Notes under the pieces: generated by a model
What the model was told of the DNA's origin: nothing
The model's database searches: none
The model's input: the letters and a program-made list of their open reading frames with translations, nothing else
Position numbers and translations under genes: made by a program
Shown: in pieces, positions 38,815 through 51,408 of the stretch
How the letters are laid out: each line of letters opens with the position of its first letter
Position numbering within the stretch: the first letter of the stretch is position 1
Assembly: GCA_000708835.1 (NCBI GenBank)
Contig: DF237044.1
Coordinates: 62,001 to 126,000 of the forward strand
Direction: 5' to 3'
Length of the DNA stretch: 64,000 bases
Origin: Klebsormidium nitens
Lineage: Eukaryota > Plantae > Klebsormidiophyceae

Positions 38815-41800
38815 ATGGGGCAGGCGCGCTTTTCCGGCCAACTGCAGCTCGCGCTCCTCCTGGCGTTCTCCTTACTCGTCCTCTTCGAAACCGCCAGCTT
38901 TCGCACGCCGGTCTGCCTGGTTGCCAAGTGCGACGTGTCAGATACCAGCCTCGACCAGGACTCCCCAGAAAATGTAGTAGGCAACGAGAACAGCATCAGC
39001 GTGTTGACTAGCGATGGGCATCTTTCTGAAGGGTGGTTTGCGGACCTGCAAGATCTGCGGGGGGTTGCGCGGAAGCCTACGGAACTTGGGGGGTGGGCAG
39101 AGGCACATGCTGGAACTGGGAATCAGAGCAGTATTGGATCAGGGTTCAAAATCTCGGACGGTGCCCGGTTATGGCTCAAGAGCAGCGTCGCATTTGCAAC
39201 TCCTCGTGCAATCGAAATCGAGACACTTGGAAACCAGGCAGGGAGTCTGGAGCTGACACTACTCACGCTCGATGGGGGCCACGAGCACTCTGTCCAGGTG
39301 AATGCGTCAAACGGTACTGTTGAGGAAGCTGGGTCAGCGGTTTTTGTGGTGGATCTTAGTGGGGCGCAGTTTCTACTCTGGCAGTCGATTGAGGTAGGGA
39401 GCACTAGGACCGGCCCGCTTTACCTGAGGAGTGTCCAGATTGACTACCCCAGCTCCAGCGAGCTGCTACAAGAGCAGGTGCGGTGTACTTGCATTCAATT
39501 CTATTCTGAGATTGATTGGAAACGCGGGACAGAGGTCACCAGAAGTGCGAGGTGTTTGAATGCTGCCCTGCGCCACAGCCAGCCAGGCTTTTGAACTCAA
39601 GGGGGTGGAGTCTGCTTTGAATTGCAAGCTTGAAATGATTGAGTGTGAGTCTCTCCAGAATTGGTGCGACCTTAAGGAAGGGTGAGGACAGACTGATTTG
39701 AAAGTGATGGGTGGCCATTTTGTTAAGGAACTCAAGTTTGGTGGTTTGATAAATGAATGAGCTTACAGACTAGCTTGGAGCTGCTGCCGCTTGCAAGGAT
39801 ACTTTTGCAAGGAGAAATTCAGACTTATATATATAGATATCTGTGCATTGAAAAACTTGAGCTGAGCTTAGTCTTTTAAGACTGAAGGCTCAACTCCTGA
39901 CAGTAGGACTCCAGGCTGACATGTCAACACCCCCTTCGAGCTGGCACAAGAGCAGTGTGTTCATCGATCAATCAAAACCAGATCTAAGAAGAGAAGTGAC
40001 TAGATTTTGAGGGCGCGTTGCCAGTGGAATAAGAATGAAGTCCTTTCCAACAAGGACGTTCGCGATGCTTGCCATTCTCAAAATTTAACATGAGGAAGTG
40101 ACATCCGAAGTGGATCCCCGCTTCCACTATCCCCCCACTGAACCGAACTGGAAAAAGCTCGCTCACTTGAATCTGACAACCATCATCACAGGTGGAGCGG
40201 ATCAGAGCCGCGTCACCCGTTCTTCCCTCGACTCGGACGGCAGAACCCCAGGGCCCCTCGGTTCTCGTTTCCCTCTCGTCACTTGCGGAAGAGAGCCACT
40301 TACAAAGGCGACTGGTACCGCTGATCTCGGTCCTCGCCGGAGAAGTGGATCTTCTCGTCTTTGTGGGGAACAACACCGGAGAAGCGGAGGCGGAGGCGCT
40401 CGCTCAGAAGTATGGAGGCCTCCCGTTGAAGTGGAGGAATGTGAGGTGGGCCTGACAGTCTTTTAGGAGCTGACGTGGCGGAGTTGGGAGAAAGTGTGTG
40501 ATGAAGCCCAAACCACGTGTCCCGTATTCTACAGGGAGCTGGGCCTGCCGTTGCGTCTGTTCGTTAGGCGACAGTGATTGCATAAGAGGCCCGAATCGTA
40601 ACATCTCGTTGACCTGAGGATTGTTGCGGGAAATGGATGAAGTGCTTGCTACGTCCACACGTCGGAGAATACAAAGTCTGGAGTATTCTTCGGGGAGCTT
40701 GTTCAGAGTTCCTCTAACTTTCTCAATCTTGAACAGCACCGCAAGCGACAAGGCCGGGATTTACCTCTCGCCAGCCAAGCAATAGGCGCGTTGTAAAGCC
40801 TGTTGCAGGAAATCATATTCGACTGACCCGATTATGGAGCTTTGAAGCCTTTCCTTCGTATCCTGAGGTTACATTTCGAGCCACGTGACGTACGAGTCGG
40901 AGCGAGGGCACTCACTTGGTGACGTCAGCCGCACTCATTACTTTTTTTTGCCTGCAGTGACGCGTACCCCCCCCGGCTGAAGGAGTTCGACAGCTGGCAG
41001 TATGTCTACGAGCACCACGTGGCCGACTATGACTGGTGAGCAGAACGCATTGCTTCCCGGGCTTTTGCCGCTATTGCCACTCCCTTGCTGGTTGAAAGTC
41101 TGTGAAATGTCGCTTCGTCTTCTCGAGGCTATTGCCGGGATTTTCTGCCCCAGTCCGGCAGTCGGTCGGTCCGGGAAGGGAAATCGACTGCAGACCTGCG
41201 GAGCAAAGAAGCAAGAGAACCGTTCTTTGGTTTTTGTCAACTACACATGTCGCAAGTACCAAGTTCAGGAAGGATTGGACAAGCAGGGAATCAGTAGCTG
41301 GCTTGAGGCAAGTTGTAAATTCTCGGCGCTTCTTAGTACCGTTGTGCACTTTATTTGTGAAGCTGGAAACAATCGCGGCTGCTTGCTCGTTCATACAAAT
41401 TGCGACAATAGTGCGGTGCTCCCTCTGTCATTGATTACCTGAATGTCACGTCCAACCCCTGTCGCGATGTTGCTCCAAGCGTCTTGCAAAGTAGGAAGCT
41501 AAAAAAGATGTCACTCAAAAGTGAACTCTCGAAAATTGGTATCATTAGAATCCTCCTTGTCGCTATGGAGGCCAAGGCGAGATGGTTGCTCGGGAAGCCA
41601 TAGAGCAATTGACCCCCATTTCTCTTCGAACCGCTACTGATTTTTTTTTCGTAGTCCCCGGTAAAGGACAGCCGTTGTCAGAGACGTTGTGATAAAGTGG
41701 TATAATCAGTTTGTCCCTAATTTAAAATCGATTTTGGCGCGTTCTCTGCCCAATTGACGGCACGTGCCAAACACCCCGAACTGTGTCACTCAAGGCCGCT

Positions 41801-43193
41801 CCATTTCAGTTCCCCCTCCTTCCAAGCACAAGCTCGTACAGCGTCGCAAAGCCCCGGAGAATAGTCCCAATCCGCCTCTGTGATTTCAAAGCGCGTCTGA
41901 TGCTGAAGTTGCCACGTGGCGCTCCCAGGTTCCTCCACATGGACGACGACACGTTCCTGAACGTGGCCAATTTGAGGGCATTTCTCGAGAGCGCATCAGT
42001 TAAAGTACAGAACGAGTCCGAGCCCCTATACATCGGCTCGCCGGGCTTCGGAAGACGACCCACTTCAACGGCCGCCCGCTTGACCTGCCCGTTGGAAGGT
42101 GGGTCCTTCCGTTTCCGTTCTTCCGGTTCCGGCCGCTTCTGACGGCCGCATTCCGCATCACCTCAAATATAAGCGCCAGGGTCCATTTCAAGTTGCTACG
42201 GTTCAAGACTCGTCTCAAAGACGCAAAGAGGAGATCTTTGTGAAAAGTCTACTGTTCGCTTCCTTTTAGACTGCACTCGCACGAGTAGGTTCTGCTCAGA
42301 GTCGCACGTACTGTATTCCCCCGCTTGAGAACTTGACTCTATTCTCAAATTCTGCTCTGTGCCTTGGCAATAACGAGCAAGCTCCCCCCCGCTACCAAAG
42401 AGGCAAAGCTTGGCAGGAATGGGAAAAGAGCATTTTTTTTCGAGAGCTGTAGTCTGGGTCGAACAGGAAACTCCGCCAGGACATTCCGTCCGGTCAGATC
42501 CGTCGAAGGCCAACGGAGCGATCAGCGAATTCTGTATTTCCTCTGCTCTGCCCGAACGGATCGCCGAATAACGCCGCCTCTTGGCACAACTTTAGAGCAC
42601 TATTTCTCCTAGCCTGGTTCAAACGACAGCCTACGATCCGCAACGTCGTCCGCGGATAAGTGACGTGAGGGTTGTAGCCACGTGGCATTGCGTGGTTGGT
42701 CGGGAGGCCCCTTTCTGACTTTCCCTGTCAAGCCCAGCTTCTCTCTCCCCTTAACGAATTCCAAAATTGGGAGATTACGAGCAATAAAGGTCAGCCGGTG
42801 ATCCTACTTTTTTTTCTCTGCAGCGATGGGCAGATCCTGCCGTATTGCATGGGCGGCCCGGGTTACCTGCTGAACCGCCCGGCGCTGACGCGGCTAGGTC
42901 CGCAGTTCGACACGTGTCTCCGAGAGTGGTCCAGCGAGCTGTCGGACACCGAGTTTGGCCGGTGCGTACATAAGCACCTCGGCGTATCATGCGCACTCGG
43001 AAATAGCACGACGCAGGAGCTGCGCGGTCATTTCAGACACCTGTATGATAAACCCTTTGCGCGCGCGGCGAATCTGCAGCACTTTGCGCTGCTATCGAAA
43101 GCCGTTTCGCTGCACTCGATAAAGTTGGACGACGGGGCGACAATGGCGAACCATATGGAGGTCGTGAAGCGACTTGCAGAAAACGTGCTCTAA
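38815..43193 (+). CDS. GT31 Fringe/chondroitin-synthase-like glycosyltransferase paralog (exons 38815-39477, 40192-40445, 40958-41035, 41929-42098, 42824-43193) with an apparent 1-nt deletion in exon 4
   Basis: Signal/TM anchor, then SDAYPPRLKEFDSWQYVYEHHVADYDW|FLHMDDDTFLNV…PLYIGSPGFG…|DGQILPYCMGGPGYLLNRPALTRLGPQFDTCLREWSSELSDTEFGRCVHKHLGVSC. Exon boundaries match the minus paralog, and exon 3 is 78 nt in both. Exon 4 is 170 nt where 171 is needed. Confidence 0.85.
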
Positions 43194-45739
43194 TGACTGG
43201 TTGGCTCGATAACAGTTCGAAAGTTGAGGTCATTGAGGAATTGTAAATGTCGATAGTCCTAGTAACGATCACAAGCTTTGCGCGCGCGAAGAAGAGCAGT
43301 AGCAGCCGCCTAGTTCACATACGACACGCATGCTCGTCAGCATAAGTGGCTAGATTTTGTTGGGTTAAGTTTTCACCAAACTTAGCGCAGTAGAGCAGAC
43401 GGTCATTCTCCGGCCCAGGCCGATTGGGGTGAACAAATAACCATCAATGCATATGCGCAGCAGGGTAGCAATTGTATCATAGTATTGGGATCAGATGTTA
43501 GGATAGTATGATCCTTGTAAATCGTAAGCCGTTTTATTAGAGCGGCGCAAGTAAGGACGGGTTGATTTAGCTAAAAAAACCGGAAATTTTCAGAAATTTT
43601 TTGTCTGATTTCTAAGCTCGTAGAAGGGCCGGCAAGGAATACCGTTCCGGGTTGTGTTCAAACACAGCCACAAGGATTGCCGACATGATCGCGTGTCCGA
43701 GCCCTGTTCTACCTTCGTCAGATTGATTGGACGCTTTTGATTCAAATGCAGTTTTGATCGAGGTAGGTACCGAAGATCACTCGAAATCTCGGCGTTCGTT
43801 ACCCCGAGGTTTCGGCTTGTCCCTGCTTCTTTTATATATTCCAATGGGAGAACGTATAGTCAGGTCGTGCACTGCCAAATTTCAATCCCCGAATGGACCC
43901 GTTATTCATTTGGATTGATGCATGTGTTGCTGATGCTCTCCGAAGCCACAAGTTGGCTGGTGGGATGCTCTTACGCGCGCACAGCGCGGATGAGAATATT
44001 CTTGCCCAGGCTGATCACCAGTTGAGCATCTCGTACTTTTTAGCATTGTAACTTTGTCGAAAGCTTCCTTTCTCCAACGGAACAGATGCGAGATTGCGTC
44101 GATCGCAGACTAAGAATGAGAGCCATGTGCCAGGAAGCGCCTTCTTTGACTCGTATTGAGCCGCGAGTGTTTGAGGCAAATGCGGGCGGAATCGGTCCGC
44201 TTATTTTCAAGCAACCGCAACTTACCGCATCAATCACCTTCGAATGCTGTTTTGAGTTTCATTGGGCGTCCTATATTAGTATGCGTATGCGCGTCCTTTA
44301 TCAGTATGCGTCAGCAAATGGTTGGATCGGCCAGAGGCTTCGCCGTTGGTCAGTGACAAAATATGCTTTCAGCGTTCTTTAGCTTGTCTGGCTGCAGGAA
44401 AAAGCTGAGGCGAATAACCTCCGAGAACTCCGAAGGCCTCTTCGCGACCGGACTTGGAGACGCATGTGTTTCCACGATCGGCAGGCTGTGTATTGATCGG
44501 TTACAAAACCTCTCTTCGATGCCTGATATCAATCCGAGCATTCCACCGATATTGATATAGCGCGCGGCGGTAAATCAAGACGTTGCTTCTCTTCTTGTGA
44601 CTGGCATGGGCACTAGTGATGTTGCTCAGCTGGCCGCAAACGCCATTTAAGCTGGTCCTGCTGACCTTACGTCAATATCGGAGCCCGCTCTGTCTATTCT
44701 GCGAAACGAGACTAATCAACAAGATGACGGATTCCATCCAAGATTTGGAAAGTGGACTGTTTTGGGCTTCATAAAGCCCGGAAAGTAACACGTGCATGAG
44801 GTTTGGCTGGACCGGGCCGAATACCCACAGTTTTGAGCCGCGTATGAATCAGACGGCAAAGAAGTCGACCAGTGGGCGCGGTTTCTGCCCAAAGTCGGTA
44901 CGCCAGTCTTGAGCCGAACAGAGCCGTCCAAGATTTGAATCGTGGCGAAGGAAAGTTGATGGCTCACCGCGGTGCGAAGAACGGTGACCCAGAATATAGG
45001 AAAGGAGGTGGTGATCTTCTCGGATCATGCTCGGCAAGTCAGGAAGGACGCTGTGCAGAGGACAGGCTGATTGTAACGGGGGCCTGCCCCTGACAGAAAC
45101 AAACTTTTGAAAGCGAACGACACTCTGATCCCGATTTGATACAAAACCGAGGGGGCTTCGTAAAGGTCCTTTGTATGCACGTCTTTCACGCTGTCGTTCT
45201 CACGGCCCCTGCACTTTCGATGCACACTAGCTTTCATTCGAAAAACTGAAGTTGGTATACTGGCAGGTCTTGCTTCAGCTTTGCTCTCGCTCTAGCTGCA
45301 GCCCACAGCTGCGTCCAAAACTATTGTTTTCAGTTCGAGAATGACTGTTGCCCATTGCGTCCTTCGTCTTGAAAGGTGCGACTCCGCCGCACCCTTCGCT
45401 GAAGGAAACTTCTGCTGACGCGACGGAGTTACTACAACTTTCTGCCGGCGTGTGCCCCTTATGTATATTCAAAGCCGTAAGCGAGTGGCTATCACGAATC
45501 AACTCAGGAATGATGACTAATTATGCAAGATGTTGATGAGAGAACTAAAGCGACGGCTCTAGATCTAAAATGCGAGCGCCTGCACATGATTTTACGACCA
45601 AGATAAGGGCACCGACGAATCAGTTGCCTCATGTCCACCGTTCACTTCTCAAGAATTAAGTTCCAATCTCCAAAGCCTGTAGGGTTAAGCGAACGTTAAC
45701 TGACCCAAGAGAGCGCAATAGTGAGAAGAAGAGTTGACG

Positions 45740-46500
45740 CGCACGCCGGGGGGGCGGCCGCGCGTGTGTGCCGATGCGCGCTGCGGCACGGAAGTGACCC
45801 ATGCGCATGGCAGGTCGCGGCGCTTTACGCGGGCAATATTCTTGTCGACTCCGACTCGGATCCTCGTCGAAAAGTGGGCACTGTCCGTAACGTAACGAGG
45901 ATGGAATCTGGAACAAGCGGCTTGGACGCTGGTCCATTTCAAAGCGTAACGAAGACAACAAGCTTGTAAAGATGCATTTACAGCTGCTCCGTGTGAAGCG
46001 CGTCGGAGCACGCAGCCGGGCACGCGCAAGACGCGAATCTGACGTCAAGCGCGGCCCTTCCTGACGCACGCACGCGTGCACGCGCGGAGCCGCGCGCCCG
46101 GCTTCGCCGCTCCGTCCGCTCTCTTTCCGTTTCCGTTTTCGGGCCCCGCCGCTGAGAAACGTGTGCGTGCCTGCCCCACGATGCGCAGGCAGGGCAGGAT
46201 GACGTTTTCTGGGTGGGCTGTCCGTGCCCACCTCGACACCCCTGAAGAGGATCTCGCGGCCGCGGCTGCGCTCTGCGTCCAAGCGCGCGCGTAGACAGGC
46301 GAGGAGCAGATCACAAATCTACAACACAGGACGGCGGCCCGAACTCTAAGACGACTCGATCGATTGCCAGACTTCGGCTGAGAGAGCAACTCGGCGCAAC
46401 TCGATCTAGATGCGCTGTGGCAAGGTAGCAACAGCGACAGGGGGACACTTTGAAGCACGTTGGAAAGGAACCGTTGGTGGACATAATCACTTCCTCTTCA
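45740..46500 (+). pseudogene. Additional degenerate copy of the 5' part of the paralog family seen at 12.9-28.3 kb
   Basis: gcgggcaatattcttgtcga (45830) matches gcgatattcttgtcga (13023). gcacgcagccgggcacgcg matches the 18.8 and 22.4 kb copies. The remnant LDTPEEDLAAAAA resembles MILTPEEAQRAAR at 27417. Confidence 0.45.
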
Positions 46501-47833
46501 AAAATCATCTTTCAGTCGTTTTGGAAAATTCCTCATGAATGACGGGCCTCATAAATCGTGAGAAAAGCACTTCCGTGAGGCAACGATGCCACTCGTGGGC
46601 GGCGTTGGGCGGCGCTTGTTCCCATACGCATTCCGGTCGATACATGTTCAACTGAGCCTCTGATCTTTCATAACAAGCTGAACAACGTTATAAATTAGAA
46701 AAAATGCTGGCAGATAGATGGCAGCAAACTCCGGCATGCACATGCACCGGCAGTATTGGTTTCTTCATTCAGGGGAGTAAGAGGGGGTGATAGCTAGAGG
46801 AGGTGCTAAGCCTCCGCTTGCGGATGGTCGTTTGTCTGAGAATAAGCTGCCTCCACGTCTCCGACTCTTTCTTTCGATGCATTTCGGAAGTCCAAACCGC
46901 GACGGTTGGGAAAGCTGACAATTAGCGGATTGCGCTGTCTGAAAAGACTTGCGTGGGCAGAATGGCAAGGAAAGAAGGCTCTGTGCGCCAGTCATCTACA
47001 GCACATGAGCAGCCTTGTATTTTCATATTGTTGAGCCTTTTCTGCTATTCGAGAAGGTATGTATGCTTTCCGAGTTTCGACGGCGGAATGATCCAACGGT
47101 ACGCGGCGGCACGACCCAATTACCGGCTCAGAAAGGCGGTTCACAGTTTGCTTCTCAGTTTGAGAAGGCTGGCGCATGCATGAGGACTTCGACGGCAGTT
47201 ATTTCCAACCCGTTTCTAAAGGTTGGGTTTTAGATTGTATTGGTCAGATACTCAATTTTTGTCCCAAAATAAGTGTGGAACCCGGCTGATGAATGCTGGG
47301 ACGCATCGCCGCTGCAAGGGAAGGGCTTTTTCTGCTTCATCTTGCCCTCACTTTGTACCACTGATGTTAGAAGAGTCTACAATAGGCAAGGATTCTTGAT
47401 GCCATTGCTGGCAAAGCGCCCAGCAAGATACTACTTGTAGCGATCAATCTTCAAGCCAAAAAGATTCTGATGTCGTTAACGTGCAGATTGCGGCACGTCA
47501 AAAGAGATTGATTCACGGCGCGGCTTTAGCACTTGTTTCAGGTCAGGAAAAGCAAACTTCACTGCTTGGTTACGCCCACATATCTCTTTCGTAACAGGCA
47601 CCAGACCAGCCTGAATTGCTGAATCCATGTCTATATATGGAAAAAGCTGTGCATGCGAGGTCTCACCCACGTCTCACCCGTTGTATCAAAGGCCCCTCAA
47701 AGCGGCGGTTCATTCGGCCAATTTTTTCTTCTTTGTGTATATACACACTCAGCGACCATTGGCGTTCCGAGTCCGTCCCGGATGCTGTCTGGCGCCCGTC
47801 TGGCGGTATCGCGAAACCTGTCGCTGCTACTAA

Positions 47834-48025
47834 GGGTGCGCGTCGACCGAAAAGCTGCGAAAAGCCTTCCAGATTTCTTAGCCAATAGGATGGCTTGTTG
47901 GGTCCACGTGGTCACCAAAGGTACATACCAGAAAAGCATAATGGCTTAAAAAGTCCGTACCTCTTACCTGCCGGTACTGCAAAGGCAACACTGAGGCCAA
48001 GTAGATTTTCGGTCGACGCGCAACC
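47834..48025. mobile_element. Tourist-like (PIF/Harbinger) MITE, 192 bp, TAA TSD
   Basis: TAA-GGGTGCGCGTCGACCGAAAA…TTTTCGGTCGACGCGCAACC-TAA. TIR match 19/20; TAA at 47831-33 and 48026-28. Confidence 0.85.
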
Positions 48026-51000
48026 TAACTTTTGTCCAAGAATATCCAGGTGCACCTTCATAGATTGAGAAAAGTAAATTGATCATATATTTCAAGAATT
48101 GTTTCTGTTCGTCCGGGCGCTTCTGCTGATGCATTGGGCAGCTCAAAAACGCGCGGTCTCAACGGTCAACGCCGGTCAAGCGTTTTGGGCTCGGAAGCTG
48201 TTGACAGAAGTACAGTGGCTGAAGGATTCGATAACCGCTTGGTGAGGAAGATCTAAGGGTTGGGCCATTTGATAGCCAAATGCCGAATGGTGTTTCCTGA
48301 GCCAAGACGTTTCATGGTCGGAAGGTAATCTGGGTTACAGCGGTGGAAGGACGACCGCCGGACCTTGTCAGGCTTGGCTAAAAAGCGCCAAAATCGTTCC
48401 AGGCGACAGTCGGTGACATAAGCCTCTGACCCTGAGAGCGGAAACCTTTGTGCTTGCAACATTACTCGAAGTGGAAAAATTGCGCGCTGGAAAAAGCGGG
48501 GCAAAGAGGATGCACCTTACTGGACTAACTTCCGCCCACACCCTTGACAGATTTTGAGCCCTGCATGCAACAATTCTGAAAACCGTGTCACTCGACCTGC
48601 CATATATATCACCTTCAGGAGAGCGGACCGTCTTGATCACCGAGCAACGATTTTTCGGGAGGGCAATATGAAGTGGTCTGCGACTGCCTCTATCTGAAAC
48701 GACACGTCCTCTCGGGTTGCGGACGAGAAGAAGACCAAGTAAGGCATGGTCATGGTGAGCCCGTCTGATTCTGTGGTCTTAGCCGGAACTGTTGAGCGGA
48801 AAAGCCGACACTTCGAACGGAAGCCTCTAGTGCACCCCTTCTCCTGCAAATTTAAAGAATACAATGAAAGCAGTGCAAAGGCTCCGTTTCTGTTCTCATT
48901 ACACGCGGCAAACACGTATTCTTGGAGACGTCTCTTGCTGACCTTGTGGATTCACATAAAGCTCATCTCTGATCACTTGACCGTCACTTCATCCGCTCAA
49001 AAATGACCCGTCAGGGCGGCGGTCCCTAAATGACGAAAAGCAGCAGGGCTCCCTTCTCGCCTCTCGCGTGGCAATGACGAGACGGCCAGTAGCCCTTTTG
49101 CCGAATTTCCAGCATGGGCGTACTGTCTCATATGCCATGTAAAGACGGTTATGGACTTAGTCGTCCATCTTGGAAACTGGACGTAGCGAGCACGTCTTTA
49201 TTGAATCAGCTGTGCTTGCAATCTAGCAAGGTGGCTAGCTTTCTGGCTGAGCTTTGAAAGGAGTTGTGTGCTAGCTTAGAAGTGTGCTGATTAGATGGCG
49301 CACACTGATTCGATGAAGCCTCCAACTCTAGTTTTTCTTTGCAGAATAAACCAGACCCCACTGGCTTACTGCGAAAAACCCTTTGGTATAATCCGGTCCA
49401 AAGTAGATCCGACTGGTTTGGGGTTCAGACAGAGTTCGGACAGATTCGGACACGCTTAAGACCGGTGCTGCAAGACGGACATGAGGTTTCGGATTGGACT
49501 CGGATCTCAGACTTGGCTTGGACCAGACGATCTGTCCGAATCAGACACTGTCAGACGTAACACGAACCGATCCAAAATGAGTAATTCTCTGTCCGAACAG
49601 GACCTGAAAAGGATCCCAAGCGGGTCCGGTGCTGCTCTGAATCCTGTACGGAGTACTGTGAAACCGGCGTACTCCGCTGTGAGAACCTCAGTATAGCCTG
49701 TTCTTGCGATTTTCGTAACGGGGTCCTGTAAGGCTTTCGACCAGGAAAGCTTGGAGGGAATCGATCCCCAAGAGAATCATGCATGTCTGTTTGTGTATCT
49801 CTACTCTCTTTACCTCGAGATAATGACCGGGAGGAAAAATTCGACGCGAAAGAAGTAACCTGGGGATAGCCTCACATGATCGTTTTGCCGGTGAGGAAGA
49901 AACACGTAGTCTGTGGGCTGAGGCACACATTGCTCTTTTGATTCTCTTCTGAGCTGCCGACCTGATCCGTCTTGTAACGCACTTCTGGAAATTATGTGCA
50001 AAACCAGGCGCATAATCTGGAATCCATATTCGTGCGCCAGAAAAGAAAAGCACTTGAACTTCGAAGTTGCTTGAGCAAGCAGAATCAGGGCACCGTAGGC
50101 TGGTCTTGTTGCGAAGCGCTCCCGGTTTCTGATAAGATCCCGATAAAAGCGGCCAGGACTTCGACCGCCAGAGTCGTGCCGAGTAGCGGCGAGAAGAGAA
50201 GACTCAGAGTTTTTTTCATGCAAAGCGGATCAAAAATCTGGTTCATCTCTCTCTTGAACAGAGACGTAAATGGGGGGGGCCAATACATCATGGATGAAAG
50301 GACTCCCTGGCTTTGCGAGGCTACTTGAAACGAAACTCACCAATACTTCAGTCCAACTTTTGATCCTGATTTTTGTGCACTGGGGCGGCAATGGCAAGGA
50401 AGAGGGCTGTTCATGGCTGCGTTTAGGCACAGCCAGAAAAAGTTGGTGCTTACGGCGCCTACACGAGCCCAATGCTCCCATGTCAATTCGGCAAACTCTG
50501 CATAGCACCTATGGATCAGATATTTAAACTGATCCTGACATGATACAGCGTATTTGCAGATTGAGTATGTCTGCAGGCAGGTCACAAGCGGCAGCTTCAA
50601 TGGAAACGGAAGTTTCTCCGACTGATGTGCAGGCATCGCACTGCATATGTATTCTCAGTCACGTATTACGTCAAGTGTTGTATCGGATACCGACTTCAGA
50701 TATTAAGCAGCTTCCGTTTCTGCGTTTTTATGCTTTGACAGTGCAGGGAAGCCAGATTGATTTGGGCGGTCAAATCTCTTAAGCCTTTCGACAAGAAGAC
50801 TAGATGAGCCTTTCTTTCTGCACGAGTTTTTGAGAGCATCATAGCCCATTTGAAAGAAGGCTTTTGAATTGGAGCCCTTTGGCTCGCCAATACAAGGGCC
50901 CATTTTTCGGCGGTTCAAATCGTTCTGCTTTCTGCATGATCTCAAACACTGGTGCTTGCCCCCTTCGGCGACAAGGCTTAATGCAAACCAGTAACTACCG

Positions 51001-51254
51001 CCAATCTCTTCGGCTCCTTTGCAGAACTCAAGAAGATCTCCAAGAGCGTTTTGACAGGCCTATACTCGCAATCGGTCTAGCTCCAGCGATTGCCCCTCCC
51101 AGAACGTGATCGTGACCATCAGTTCTTGTTGCAAAAGTATCCTAAATCTCTGGTGCTTTCGTTGATTGGACAGGGTCACTCACGAGGTGCGTGTCATTCA
51201 CAGTCTTTACATTCTGCGGTGCCCCATCAGTCAGGTCAATAAGACTTCAATTTA

Positions 51255-51408
51255 GGTAAAGTAAGCTTCAGGTAGAGTAAGCCAAGTAGCCTGGACGGGT
51301 GGGGTTAGTTTGGGGGTTAGGGTGGGTTCGGGTGCGGAGCGGGTGATTTTGAGGGTTAGGTTTTTAGTGTTAGGCTGGGAGCTTACTATACCTAGAGCTT
51401 ACTTTACC
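51255..51408. mobile_element. 154-bp MITE with 28-bp TIRs, TA flanks and a telomere-like G-rich core
   Basis: TIR ggtaaagtaagcttcaggtagagtaagc vs 51381-51408 matches at 25/28. TA on both sides (51253-54, 51409-10). Core ggggttagtttgggggttagggtgggttcgggtgcggag. Confidence 0.8.

Noticed and set aside
45656-46282. 208-aa minus-strand ORF and similar R/A-rich ORFs over the GC-rich blocks (e.g. 12736-13329, 26973-27407)
   Set aside because: These are by-products of CGCG-rich, stop-poor sequence with no domain signal or splice support.
51296-51370. True telomere or chromosome-fusion site
   Set aside because: The repeats are short, degenerate and enclosed by TIRs, with no regular (TTTAGGG)n or (TTAGGG)n array.
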